A stretch of 46,022 nt of DNA from Candidatus Methylomirabilota bacterium (lineage in GTDB: Bacteria > Methylomirabilota > Methylomirabilia > Rokubacteriales > CSP1-6), in assembly GCA_035455085.1 (NCBI GenBank), contig DATIFV010000207.1, positions 1-46,022 on the forward strand, given 5' to 3'. Under the pieces are notes generated by a model. It was given only the letters and a program-made list of their open reading frames with translations. It had not been told where the DNA came from and ran no database searches. How positions within the stretch are numbered: position 1 is the first letter of the stretch; each line of letters begins with the position of its first letter. Shown one piece after another: positions 1 through 8,601 of the stretch. A program made the position numbers and the translations under genes.

Positions 1-333
1 GTGAAGGTCCGCATCGCCATCAAGCAGAAGGACGCGCGCATCGTGCCCGACATGGGGGCGCGGGTGGGCTTCCTCGACCCGAAGCCGGCGGGCGCGGCGT
101 CCCCCACGCCCGGGGTCCTGGTTCCCGCGGAGGCGGTGCGCAGCGATGAGGCCGGACCCGCGATCTTCGTCTACGCGGGCGGCAAGGTCGAGCGCCGGAG
201 TGTCACTCTGGGGCCGGATGGCTCCGGCCAGCGCCGGGTGCTCAGCGGCCTGCGCGAGGGGGAGCGGGTGGTCCTGGCCCCGCCGGCCACGCTGGCCGAC
301 GGCCAGGCGGTGAAGCCGGCCGAAGGCCGGTGA
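1..333 (+). CDS. Periplasmic adaptor (HlyD/MacA-type membrane-fusion protein), C-terminal fragment; 5' end lies outside the window
   Basis: Frame is open from the window edge. Beta-rich C-terminal tail (VFVYAGGKVERRSVTLG, VLSGLREGERVV) is typical of MFP C-termini. Its stop overlaps the GTG of the next gene (GTGA at 330-333). An ABC ATPase and two FtsX permeases follow. Confidence 0.6.
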   Translation: MKVRIAIKQKDARIVPDMGARVGFLDPKPAGAASPTPGVLVPAEAVRSDEAGPAIFVYAGGKVERRSVTLGPDGSGQRRVLSGLREGERVVLAPPATLADGQAVKPAEGR

Positions 334-1043
334 GCCCGATGGCCGCCCTCGTCGAGATCCGCGGCGTCACCAAGGTCTACCGGCGCGGGCGCGAGCGGAT
401 CGAGGTCCTGCACGGCATCGACCTCGATATCCCGGGCGGCGACTTCGTGGCGCTGATGGGGCCGTCGGGCTCCGGCAAGACCACCCTGCTCAACCTGATC
501 GGCGGGCTCGACAGCCCGACCGGCGGCAGCATCACGGTGCAAGGGCGCCGCATCGACCAGCTCTCGGGGGGCGAGCTGGCCGCCTGGCGCGCCGAGCACG
601 TCGGGTTCGTCTTCCAGTTCTACAACCTGCTGCCCGCGCTGACCGCCCAGCGCAACGTGGAGCTGCCCCTGCTGCTGACCGACCTCTCCGCCGCCGAGCG
701 CCGGCGACGGGCCCGCATCGCGCTCACCCTCGTCGGCCTCGAGGACCGGGCCCGCCACAAGCCCCGGGAGCTCTCCGGGGGCCAGGAGCAGCGGGTGGCG
801 ATCGCGCGCGCCATCGTTTCGGACCCGACGCTGCTGGTGTGCGACGAGCCCACCGGCGACCTGGACCGGGCCACCGCGGACGAGGTTTTGCGACTCCTCC
901 AGATGCTGAATCGAGACCACGGCAAGACGGTGGTGATGGTCACCCACGACCCCAAGGCCGCGGAGTACGCGCGGCGCCGGGTGCACCTGGACAAGGGCAC
1001 CATGATCCCCGATACGATGACGGGGGAGCCGCTTCCCGCGTGA
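330..1043 (+). CDS. ABC transporter ATP-binding protein, MacB/LolD-type
   Basis: Walker A GPSGSGKTT, signature LSGGQEQR, Walker B LLVCDEPTGDLD, H-loop VTHD. Alternative ATG at 339. Confidence 0.9.
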   Translation: MSPMAALVEIRGVTKVYRRGRERIEVLHGIDLDIPGGDFVALMGPSGSGKTTLLNLIGGLDSPTGGSITVQGRRIDQLSGGELAAWRAEHVGFVFQFYNLLPALTAQRNVELPLLLTDLSAAERRRRARIALTLVGLEDRARHKPRELSGGQEQRVAIARAIVSDPTLLVCDEPTGDLDRATADEVLRLLQMLNRDHGKTVVMVTHDPKAAEYARRRVHLDKGTMIPDTMTGEPLPA

Positions 1044-2206
1044 GATACCTGCCGCTGCTCTGGGCCGGCCTCTTCCGCAAGAAGACCCGGACGACCCTTA
1101 CCCTCTCGTCGATCGTGGTGGCCTTCGCCCTCTTCGGTCTGCTGCAGGCGGTGGAAGTGGCCTTCGAGTCGGGGGCGGACACCGCCGACGCCAAGCGCCT
1201 GCTCACCACCGCGCGCTACTCGATCATCGAGCCGCTGCCCATGGCCTACCAGCGACGGATCGAGCGGGTGCCCGGCGTGGTCGGGGTGGCCTTCGCGGAC
1301 TGGTTCGGGGCCAAGTACCAGAACGAGTCCAACGCCTTTCCGGTCTTCGCGGTGGATCCCGCGCGCTACCTCGACATGTACCCGGAGTTCACGGTGAGCC
1401 GGGCGCAGCGCGAGGCCTTCGTCAAGACCCGCACCGGGGCGCTGGCCGGGCAGCGTCTGGTGGACCGCTTCGGCTGGAAGGTCGGCCAGAAGCTCCCGAT
1501 CAGCTCCGAGATCCACGCCAAGACCGACGGCAGCCTGAACTGGGAGTTCGATCTCGTCGGCACCCTCGACGCCGAGGATCCGGCGGTGCGGGGCAACACC
1601 GACGTGGTGCTGATCAACGTGGCCTACTTCGACGAGGCCCGGCAGATCGGCCGGGGCAAGACCGGCTGGTACATCGTGCGGATCGCCGACTCCGGCCAGG
1701 CCCGCACCGTCTCCGCCGCGATCGACGCCCTGTTCATGAACTCGCCGGACGAGACCAAGACCCAGCCGGAGAAGGAGTTCGCGCTGGGCTTCGCCAAGCA
1801 GATCGGCGACATCGGCGCCCTCGTCACGCGCATCCTGATCGCGGTCTTCTTCACGATCGTGATCCTCACCGGCAACGCGATGGCCCAGTCCATCCGCGAG
1901 CGCATCCCGGAGCTGGCCATCCTGAAGACCCTCGGCTTCTCCGACGCCAAGGTGACCGCGCTGGTGCTCGCCGAGGCCCTGCTGCTCCTCGCGCTCGGCG
2001 GGGCGATCGGGATGGCCGCGGCGGTGGCCATGATGCCCGCGCTCAACGGCGCCACCGGGGGCCGCTTCCCTCCGCTCTTCGTCGGGCCGGAGACCTGGCT
2101 CCTCGCCGCCGCCGTCGCCGCCGCAGTCGCATTGGCCATCGGCCTGCCCCCCGCCCTGCGCGCCAACCGCCTCAAGATCGTGGACGCGCTCTCGGGCCAC
2201 CAGTAG
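1040..2206 (+). CDS. ABC transporter permease, FtsX/MacB family
   Basis: Track ORF 839-2206 is over-extended. The in-frame GTG at 1040 overlaps the ATPase stop (GTGA). The product starts VRYLPLLWAGLFRKKTRTTLTLSSIVVAFALF (TM1), has a large periplasmic domain, and ends in three C-terminal TMs of FtsX type. Confidence 0.8.
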   Translation: MRYLPLLWAGLFRKKTRTTLTLSSIVVAFALFGLLQAVEVAFESGADTADAKRLLTTARYSIIEPLPMAYQRRIERVPGVVGVAFADWFGAKYQNESNAFPVFAVDPARYLDMYPEFTVSRAQREAFVKTRTGALAGQRLVDRFGWKVGQKLPISSEIHAKTDGSLNWEFDLVGTLDAEDPAVRGNTDVVLINVAYFDEARQIGRGKTGWYIVRIADSGQARTVSAAIDALFMNSPDETKTQPEKEFALGFAKQIGDIGALVTRILIAVFFTIVILTGNAMAQSIRERIPELAILKTLGFSDAKVTALVLAEALLLLALGGAIGMAAAVAMMPALNGATGGRFPPLFVGPETWLLAAAVAAAVALAIGLPPALRANRLKIVDALSGHQ

Positions 2207-2226
2207 GGCGGCCGCCGGCCCGATCC

Positions 2227-3420
2227 ATGCGCACGCTGACCCAGGTGGTGGCGATCACCGCTATGAACCTGCACAACCTCCCGCAGCGGGTCGGGACATC
2301 GCTGGTGGTGGTGGTGGGCATCGCGGGAGTGGTAGGCGTGCTGGTCTCGGTGCTCGCGATGGCGGAGGGCTTCCGCCACACCCTGGCCAGCACCGGACGG
2401 CAGGACCGCGTGGTCATGCTGCGCGCCGGCTCCGACGCGGAGCTGTCGAGCGGGGTCGACCGCGATCAGGCCGCTCTGCTCGCCGCGCTGCCCGGAGTGG
2501 CCCGCGACGCGGGCGGCCGGCCCCAGGCGTCGGCGGAGCTGGTGGTCATGGTGGATCTGCCGCGCAAGGGTGAGAGCCACCCCAACAACGTGCCATTCCG
2601 GGGCGTGCAGCGCACCGCGTTCTCGATCCGCGACGAGGTGCGGCTGGTCGACGGGCGGCGCTTCGAGCCCGGAGTCCGCGAGGTGGTGGTCGGGCGCAAG
2701 GCGGCCGGGCAGTTCGAGGGGCTCGCGATCGGCTCGCGCATCGCCTTCCGCGACAGCGACTGGACCGTGGTCGGCGTCTTCGAGAGCGGGGGCGACGTGC
2801 ACGAGTCGGAGATCTGGGCCGACGCCGAGGTGGCGATGTCCGCCTTCCGCCGGACCGGCTACCAGTCGGTCACCGCCCGTCTCGCCGACGGCTCCGACGC
2901 CGGCCTCGCCGCCTTCCGCGATGCGGTGGCGCGCGACCCGCGCTTCTCGATCAGCGCGCTCCGCGAGCCCGAGTACTACGCCAAGCAGGCCGGCGTGCTC
3001 TCCAAGCTCATCAACGTGCTCGGCTACACGGTGGCCGTCTTCATGGCCATCGGCGCCACCTTCGGCGCGCTCAACTGCATGTACTCGGCCATCGCGAGCC
3101 GTCAGGTCGAGATCGGCACCCTGCGCGCGATCGGCTTCGGAGGCCTGCCGGTGGTGGTCTCGGTGATGATCGAGGCGCTGCTGCTCGCCCTGGTGGGCGG
3201 TGCGGTGGGCGGGGCGCTCGCCTACGTGTACTGCCACGGCGCCTCGCTCTCCACGCTGAACTTCAGCACCTTCTCCCAGGTCGCGTTCGATTTCCGGGTG
3301 ACGCCCGGCCTGCTGCTCCGCGGGCTCGTCTGGGCGCTGGTCATCGGCCTGGCCGGCGGGCTGCCCCCCGCGGTGCGCGCCGCCCGCATCCCCGTCACCG
3401 AGGCACTGCGAACCTTGTAG
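2227..3420 (+). CDS. ABC transporter permease, FtsX/MacB family (second copy)
   Basis: Same architecture as the preceding gene: N-terminal TM (SLVVVVGIAGVVGVLVSVLAMA), an extracytoplasmic domain and a C-terminal FtsX 3-TM bundle. It lies 20 nt downstream of the first permease. Confidence 0.8.
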   Translation: MRTLTQVVAITAMNLHNLPQRVGTSLVVVVGIAGVVGVLVSVLAMAEGFRHTLASTGRQDRVVMLRAGSDAELSSGVDRDQAALLAALPGVARDAGGRPQASAELVVMVDLPRKGESHPNNVPFRGVQRTAFSIRDEVRLVDGRRFEPGVREVVVGRKAAGQFEGLAIGSRIAFRDSDWTVVGVFESGGDVHESEIWADAEVAMSAFRRTGYQSVTARLADGSDAGLAAFRDAVARDPRFSISALREPEYYAKQAGVLSKLINVLGYTVAVFMAIGATFGALNCMYSAIASRQVEIGTLRAIGFGGLPVVVSVMIEALLLALVGGAVGGALAYVYCHGASLSTLNFSTFSQVAFDFRVTPGLLLRGLVWALVIGLAGGLPPAVRAARIPVTEALRTL

Positions 3421-3446
3421 CGCGCGGGCGCCGCGCACGCCCGCGG

Positions 3447-3475
3447 TTGACTGGCCGGGTCCCCCGGGCTAGCCT
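3447..3475 (+). promoter_or_regulatory. Candidate sigma-70-type promoter, TTGACT-N17-TAGCCT
   Basis: Hexamers read directly at 3447-3452 and 3470-3475 with a 17-nt spacer, about 40 nt upstream of the ATG at 3513. The -10 is only a TAnnnT match. Confidence 0.3.
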
Positions 3476-3512
3476 CACCCGTCAGGCGCGAACCCCAGGA
3501 GGCTCTCGACCC

Positions 3513-5213
3513 ATGCACGATCTCGTGATCCACAACGCGCGTCTCGTCGATGGTCTCGGCACACCCGCGCGCGAGGGCAGCCTCGCGGTGAAGGACGGCC
3601 GGATCGCGGCCCTCGCCGACGACCGCCGCGGCGGCGACCTCGGGCCGGCCCGGGAGCGGGTCGACGCGGCCGGGCTCGTGCTCGCGCCCGGCATCGTGGA
3701 TCTCCACACCCACTACGACGCCCAGCTCACCTGGGATCCCTCCGCCACGCCCTCGAGCTCTCTCGGGGTGACCACGGTGGTGATCGGCAACTGCGGGTTC
3801 ACGATCGCGCCGTGTCACCCCGCGCACCGCGACCTGATCGTGCGCAACCTGACCCACGTCGAGGGCATGTCGCTGGAGGCGCTGCGGGCCGGCATCAACT
3901 GGGACTTCGAGACCTACCCGGAGTACCTCGCCTCGCTCGAGCGCCGGGGGCTCGTGCCCAACGTGGCCTCGTTCGTGGGCCACTCCTCGGTGCGCACCTA
4001 CGTGCTGGCCGAGGACGCGAGCAAGCGGAAGGCCACCGACGCGGAGATCGTCGAGATGCGCAGGATCGTGGTGGAGGCCGTGCGCGCGGGGGCGATCGGG
4101 TTCGCCACGTCCACCCTCGAGCAGCACAACGGGGAGAACGGGATCCCGATGCCGTCCCGACTGGCCGACGAGCGCGAGATGGCCGCGCTCACCGGTGCGC
4201 TCGGGGAAGTGGGCCGCGGGGTGTTCATGCTCACCAAGGGCATGACCTCCACGGTGCCGTGGCTCGAGTCCATCGCGGCGGCCAGCGGCCGACCGGTGAT
4301 GATCGCGGCCATGTTCGTGGACCCGGGCGATCCGACCCGCGTCTTCCGCGAGCTCTCCGAGATCGAGGCCGCCCGCAACCGCGGCCGCGAGCTCTGGGCG
4401 CAGGTGGGCTGCTTCCCGCTCGGCATGGAGTTCACGCTCCGCCATCCCTACCCGCTCGAGGCCTTCATCGCCTGGCGGCCCGCCATCGAGGCCGCCGACG
4501 AGGCGGGCTACCGCGCGGCGCTCGCGGATCCGTCGTTCCGCGCCGCGCTCAAGCGGGAGATCGGGCAGCCTGGAGTGCCGAACCGGTTCAGCGACAAGAA
4601 CTGGGACCACCTGACCATCAGGGAGGTGATGCGCCCCGAGCATCGCGCCCTCGAGGGCCGCACCATCGGCGCCCTGGCGCGAGAGCGGGGCCGGCATCCC
4701 TGGGACGTCTTCCTCGACTTCGGCCTCGACGGCGAGCTCGACGCGATGTTCGACTGCCGCCTCTTCAACATCGACGAGGACGAGGTCAAGCGCCTGCTGC
4801 GCCACCCCCACGCCGCGGTGGCCCTGTCGGACGCGGGGGCGCATCTGTCGTTCCTGTGCGACGCCGGCTTCGGCCTGCACCTGTTCGGGCACTGGGCGCG
4901 CGAGCGCGGTGACCTCACCCTCGAGCAGGCGGTGCGGGCGGTGACGAGCGCGGTGGCCGACGCCTATCGAATCCGGGAGCGCGGACGCCTCCAGGCCGGC
5001 GCGTGGGCGGATCTCATGATGTTCGACGCGCAGACGGTCGGGCGCGGCGCCAAGCGCCGCGTGCACGACCTGCCCACCGGGGCCAGCCGGCTCGACACCC
5101 CGGCGGTCGGCCTGCACGGGGTGTGGGTCAACGGGGTGCGGACCGTCGACGAGCGCGGCCTGATCAAGAACTGCGGCCGGCCCGGCCGGCTGCTCCGCGA
5201 CTTCGCGGCCTAG
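3513..5213 (+). CDS. N-acyl-D-amino-acid deacylase (D-aminoacylase) family amidohydrolase
   Basis: MHDLVIHNARLVDGLG...GRIAAL...APGIVDLHTHYD (metal-binding HxH) and a C-terminal ...SDAGAH... motif. The ATG at 3513 is preceded by AGGAGG at 3497-3502. The track start at 3447 is probably over-extended. Confidence 0.8.
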   Translation: MHDLVIHNARLVDGLGTPAREGSLAVKDGRIAALADDRRGGDLGPARERVDAAGLVLAPGIVDLHTHYDAQLTWDPSATPSSSLGVTTVVIGNCGFTIAPCHPAHRDLIVRNLTHVEGMSLEALRAGINWDFETYPEYLASLERRGLVPNVASFVGHSSVRTYVLAEDASKRKATDAEIVEMRRIVVEAVRAGAIGFATSTLEQHNGENGIPMPSRLADEREMAALTGALGEVGRGVFMLTKGMTSTVPWLESIAAASGRPVMIAAMFVDPGDPTRVFRELSEIEAARNRGRELWAQVGCFPLGMEFTLRHPYPLEAFIAWRPAIEAADEAGYRAALADPSFRAALKREIGQPGVPNRFSDKNWDHLTIREVMRPEHRALEGRTIGALARERGRHPWDVFLDFGLDGELDAMFDCRLFNIDEDEVKRLLRHPHAAVALSDAGAHLSFLCDAGFGLHLFGHWARERGDLTLEQAVRAVTSAVADAYRIRERGRLQAGAWADLMMFDAQTVGRGAKRRVHDLPTGASRLDTPAVGLHGVWVNGVRTVDERGLIKNCGRPGRLLRDFAA

Positions 5214-5229
5214 GCGCTCGCGGACCGAC

Positions 5230-5262
5230 GGCCCTCGCCCTGCGCGCATCAGGACGAGGGCC
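5230..5262 (+). terminator. Stem-loop after the D-aminoacylase stop (no T-tract)
   Basis: GGCCCTCG (5230-5237) pairs with CGAGGGCC (5255-5262). An inner CCTG/CAGG pairing extends the stem. It starts 17 nt after the TAG at 5211-5213. Confidence 0.35.
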
Positions 5263-5355
5263 GCATCCGCGCGCTCTCCAGGTCCTCGCCGATCGCGACA
5301 GCAGGAGCCCGGAGGTCCGGGACCCGCCGCCAGCCGGGCAGCCGCCGGCCAAGAA

Positions 5356-5373
5356 GTGTCAGATGACTGACAC
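5356..5373. promoter_or_regulatory. Perfect inverted repeat GTGTCAG-ATGA-CTGACAC (contains TGT-N10-ACA); candidate enhancer/UAS site
   Basis: Read directly. 7-bp arms with a 4-nt spacer, centred about 80 bp upstream of the -24 GG of the promoter match at 5444-5459, in a locally GC-poorer intergenic stretch. Confidence 0.4.
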
Positions 5374-5443
5374 AGGCTGCCAGGGCGTGCCACCACCCTA
5401 TCGAATTCCCACCTTCTTTCAAGTAGATAAGACGAGTTCTCAC

Positions 5444-5459
5444 TGGCAATCCGCTTGCA
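5444..5459 (+). promoter_or_regulatory. Candidate sigma-54 (-24/-12) promoter, TGGCAATCCGCTTGCA
   Basis: GG-N10-GC spacing with TGGCA and TTGCA blocks (consensus TGGCACG-N4-TTGCW). Intergenic and correctly oriented. The predicted start site is about 40 nt upstream of the ATG at 5511, which has a GAGAGGAGG Shine-Dalgarno. Confidence 0.55.
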
Positions 5460-5510
5460 CACTCCCCCGCTGGCCCGGGCTCGCCCCGGTCCCCCGAGAG
5501 GAGGCGGCAA

Positions 5511-6011
5511 ATGGGAGTCACCGTCGCGAAGCGGCTGGAGCGGCTGGTCCGGTTCGTGCCCGGGGTCGCCGGCTACCAGGACCGGGAAGATGCCCGCGCC
5601 ACCGACAAGCAGGTCCGGATGCGCCTCGTGGGCAGCCTGCGGGGCCTGATCCGCGCGCTCGAGCAGGACAAGGAGCGGATCGCCGGGACCGGCGATCGCT
5701 CGGCCCTGCCCCGCCTCGACCGGCTCGCGGGCCGCCTCGAGCGGCTGAGCCGCACCGTGGAGTTCGCGGGGCGCGGCTACGCGGGTCTCTTCGATCTGCA
5801 CCCGGTGGACGCCGACACGCTGGCGCAGCTGTACGCCTTCGACCTCGGGCTCTTCGACGCGCTGAGCGCGGTGCGGGCCCGGGCGGAAGCGGTGCGCGCG
5901 GCCCTCACGGACGCGGACGCCCTCCGGACCGCGGCGGAGCACATGCGGGAAGCGCTCGACGACTTCGGCGAGCTCTTCGATCAGCGCCAGCGCATCCTGG
6001 ACGCGGACTAG
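5511..6011 (+). CDS. Hypothetical all-helical, charged protein (166 aa); first gene of the SPFH module
   Basis: Strong SD (GAGAGGAGG), ATG start, non-shadow composition with heptad-like Leu/Arg/Glu/Asp pattern. 13 nt upstream of the SPFH gene. I do not recognise the family. Confidence 0.6.
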   Translation: MGVTVAKRLERLVRFVPGVAGYQDREDARATDKQVRMRLVGSLRGLIRALEQDKERIAGTGDRSALPRLDRLAGRLERLSRTVEFAGRGYAGLFDLHPVDADTLAQLYAFDLGLFDALSAVRARAEAVRAALTDADALRTAAEHMREALDDFGELFDQRQRILDAD

Positions 6012-6024
6012 GACGGAGGCCGCC

Positions 6025-7077
6025 ATGTCACCGATCATGATGGAAGTCATCGAGTGGTTCGACCGGACCGGCACCGGAATCGTGCACCGCTATCCGGAAG
6101 AGGGCTCGGGCGACATCAAGATGGGCGCCCAGCTCATCGTGCGCGAGAACCAGGCCGCGGTCTTCTTCCGCGACGGCCAGGCCCTCGACGCCCTCGGCCC
6201 CGGACGCCACACGCTCTCCACCCAGAACCTGCCGATCATCACCCGGCTCCTGTCGCTGCCGTGGGGATTCCAGAGCCCGTTCCGCGCCGAGGTCTACTTC
6301 GTCAACCTGAAGGTCTTCACCAACATGCGCTGGGGCACGCGCGATCCGGTGGCCTTCGAGGACAGCCAGCTGGGCCTGGTCCGGCTGCGTGCCTTCGGCA
6401 CGTTCACGATGCGGGTCCGGGAGCCGCTCCTCTTCGTCAACAGCCTGGTCGGCACCCAGGGCTCCTACAGCACCGACCAGGTCGAGGATTACCTCCGGGA
6501 GGTCATCGTGGCCCGGCTGAACGACTTTCTCGGCGAGACGGTACAGAGCCTGCTCGAGCTGCCCCGTCAGTACGACGAGATGGCGGTGGCGCTCAAGACC
6601 CGCCTCACCGACGAGTTTGGCAAGTACGGCACCGAGCTGGTGGACTTCTACATCAACCGCATCACGCCACCCGAGGACGTGCAGCGCATGATCGACGAGC
6701 GCTCGGGCATGGGCGCGGTCGGCGATCTCGACCGCTTCCTGAAGTTCAAGGCGGCCAAGGCCATGGGCGACGCCGCCCAGGGCCAGGGGGGCGCCCTGGG
6801 CGGCGGCGCCGCGGCCGGGGTGGGGGTGGGCGTGGGCGCGGGGCTGGGCATGATGATGCCCGGCATGCTCGCCAAGAGCCTCGGCTCAGAGCCGGCGGGC
6901 CCCGCGGCGGCTCTCACCTGCCCGGGCTGCCAGTCGGCCGTCGCGGCGGACAGCCGCTTCTGTCCGCGATGCGGCCGGCAGATCGTGACCGTCGCGCGCT
7001 GCACGCGGTGCCAGGCCGAGCTGTCCGCCGGCGCGCGCTTCTGCGCGGCCTGCGGCCAGGCGGTAACCGGCGCCTAG
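6025..7077 (+). CDS. SPFH/band-7 protein of the YdjI type (COG4260-like) with C-terminal Gly-rich linker and double zinc ribbon
   Basis: N-terminus VIEWFD...GAQLIVRENQAAVFFRDGQALDALGPGRHTLSTQNLPI matches the YdjI-like SPFH signature. The C-terminus has CPGC-x10-CPRC and CTRC-x10-CAAC (about nt 6919-7053). GGAGG lies 5 nt upstream of the ATG. Confidence 0.85.
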   Translation: MSPIMMEVIEWFDRTGTGIVHRYPEEGSGDIKMGAQLIVRENQAAVFFRDGQALDALGPGRHTLSTQNLPIITRLLSLPWGFQSPFRAEVYFVNLKVFTNMRWGTRDPVAFEDSQLGLVRLRAFGTFTMRVREPLLFVNSLVGTQGSYSTDQVEDYLREVIVARLNDFLGETVQSLLELPRQYDEMAVALKTRLTDEFGKYGTELVDFYINRITPPEDVQRMIDERSGMGAVGDLDRFLKFKAAKAMGDAAQGQGGALGGGAAAGVGVGVGAGLGMMMPGMLAKSLGSEPAGPAAALTCPGCQSAVAADSRFCPRCGRQIVTVARCTRCQAELSAGARFCAACGQAVTGA

Positions 7078-7116
7078 CGCCGGTCGCCCCCTCGGCCCCG
7101 CTCCGCGCGCACCGGC

Positions 7117-8601
7117 ATGGGTCAGGTCGTCGTCTCCACCGAGTGCCCCTCCTGCGGCGGCCCTCTCGATCTGTCCGAGGGCGCCAACGCCATCCGTTGC
7201 CCGAGCTGCGGCTCCGAGCTGCTCGTCACCGGCCGCAAGCAGGTCCTGAGCTACTGGGTGCGGCCGACGGTCAGGGCGGAGGTGGCGGGCGCCGCCGCGC
7301 GCACCGGTCGGCTCGAGGCGCGGGTGGCGGGCGCGCGGCTCTTCTTCGTGCCCTTCTATCGGCTGACCGGCCACGACTTCCAGTGGCAGGACGTGCCGCC
7401 CAAGCTCGACCCGGAGCTTCCGGTCTTCACCGGGCAGGGCGAGGCCGAGCGGCCCGAGATCGACATCCCGATCGGCTCGGTGCTCGGCTGGGGCGCAGAC
7501 CTGCTGCTGGGCAAGAAGGCGGGCGACACCGTGCGCGATCTCCTGGGCGAGCCGCGCCGTCGGGAGGAGCCGCCCGCCCTGGTCGTGCTCGCCGCCCCAC
7601 CGCGCCGCCCCGCGCCCGAGCCCGGGGACGAGCGCGTGCAGTTCCTCGATCGCTACGTGGAGACCACGTTCCCGGCCGCCGAGCTGGCCGGGCTCGGGGT
7701 GCTCTCGCTCGGGGTGCGCGCCCAGACCCTCCGGGTGGCGCTCTTCGACCGCGCGGCGCTCGCCGCGCTCGGCACCGTCGTCGCCGCGCGCGTCCCCGCG
7801 GAGCGGGCGATGACGCAGGGGCTCGCCGCCCGCGGGTTCCAGCACGTGGTCTACCGCCAGGTGCTCGGCCGGATCCTCAGCGTGATCTACTTCCCGCTCT
7901 GGGTCGTCGAGCTGACACGGGACGGCGAGCGCTGGCTGACCGTCGTCGACGGGGTGGCGGAGAGCGTCGTGCAGCCGCGGGCCCCGCTGTCGCTCTACGA
8001 GGCCCTCGAGCGCCCCGCGACGGACGAGCCGCGCACGGTCGGGCTGCGGCCGCTGGCCTGCCCCAACTGCGGCGGCGCCCTGCCGCTGGCTCCCGACGAC
8101 GTGATCTTCTGCTGCGGCTCCTGCCTGCGGGCCTGGCAGATCCGCGGCGTCGAGCTCGTCGACATGCCGCACGAGATCGCCGACGTCCGGCCCGACTCCG
8201 CGAGCCCGGGCCCGTCCGCGGGCACGACCTACCTGCCGTTCTGGCACCTCGAGGGGCCGGACCGCGCGCCGCACGCCTGGGCGCCCGCCTTCCGGTACCG
8301 CCGTCTCAAGGCGCTCCACGATCTCTGCGCCCGGCTCACCGCGAAGCCTCCCGCCTACCGGCCGTGGGCCGGCGAGCGCCCCGTGCTGCAGGGCTGCTTC
8401 TACGACGCCGAGGACGCCGCGCTCCTCGCGCGCTTCGAGGCGGCGGGCCGGCTACGAACCCCCCGGGCGGTCGAGGCGGCCGCGGCAACGGAGCCCACGT
8501 TCGCCGCGGCGCGCCTGACGTGGCTCCCCTTCCGGCGCGAGATGCAGTCACTCCTCGATCCGGCCACCGGGCTCGCGCTCCAGGAGGCGCTCATTGGCTA
8601 G
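7117..8601 (+). CDS. Two-zinc-ribbon protein (494 aa), internally duplicated; YdjG-like by context
   Basis: CPSC-x14-CPSC at residues 10-31 and CPNC-x13-CCGSC at residues 315-336. Each is followed by a hydrophobic-Pro-aromatic motif (FFVPFYRLTG, TYLPFWHLEG). It lies 39 nt after the SPFH gene. Confidence 0.7.
   Translation: MGQVVVSTECPSCGGPLDLSEGANAIRCPSCGSELLVTGRKQVLSYWVRPTVRAEVAGAAARTGRLEARVAGARLFFVPFYRLTGHDFQWQDVPPKLDPELPVFTGQGEAERPEIDIPIGSVLGWGADLLLGKKAGDTVRDLLGEPRRREEPPALVVLAAPPRRPAPEPGDERVQFLDRYVETTFPAAELAGLGVLSLGVRAQTLRVALFDRAALAALGTVVAARVPAERAMTQGLAARGFQHVVYRQVLGRILSVIYFPLWVVELTRDGERWLTVVDGVAESVVQPRAPLSLYEALERPATDEPRTVGLRPLACPNCGGALPLAPDDVIFCCGSCLRAWQIRGVELVDMPHEIADVRPDSASPGPSAGTTYLPFWHLEGPDRAPHAWAPAFRYRRLKALHDLCARLTAKPPAYRPWAGERPVLQGCFYDAEDAALLARFEAAGRLRTPRAVEAAAATEPTFAAARLTWLPFRREMQSLLDPATGLALQEALIG

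Noticed and set aside
5353-5375. Recurrence of TGTCAG near three candidate promoters (5356, 10173 and 22833) as a possible shared operator.
   Set aside because: By a rough base-composition estimate, a 6-mer of this composition is expected about 10 or more times by chance in 46 kb on two strands. Its position relative to the -24 element also differs at each site. Only the perfect palindrome at 5356-5373 is retained.
3222-6074. Very long ORFs in the six-frame track (e.g. 3222-6074 minus, 950 aa; 6054-8852 plus, 932 aa; 9875-13228 plus, 1117 aa; 10074-12794 minus, 906 aa; 24863-28405 minus, 1180 aa; 35054-38050 minus, 998 aa; 17799-20111 minus upstream part).
   Set aside because: They overlap recognisable genes in other frames or on the other strand. 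Their products are dominated by Arg/Pro/Gly/Ala runs with no domain signatures, which is typical of stop-codon-poor shadow frames in about 70% GC DNA. Only sub-segments with real signatures were kept (e.g. the 12818-13228 tail and the 17799-18782 tail).
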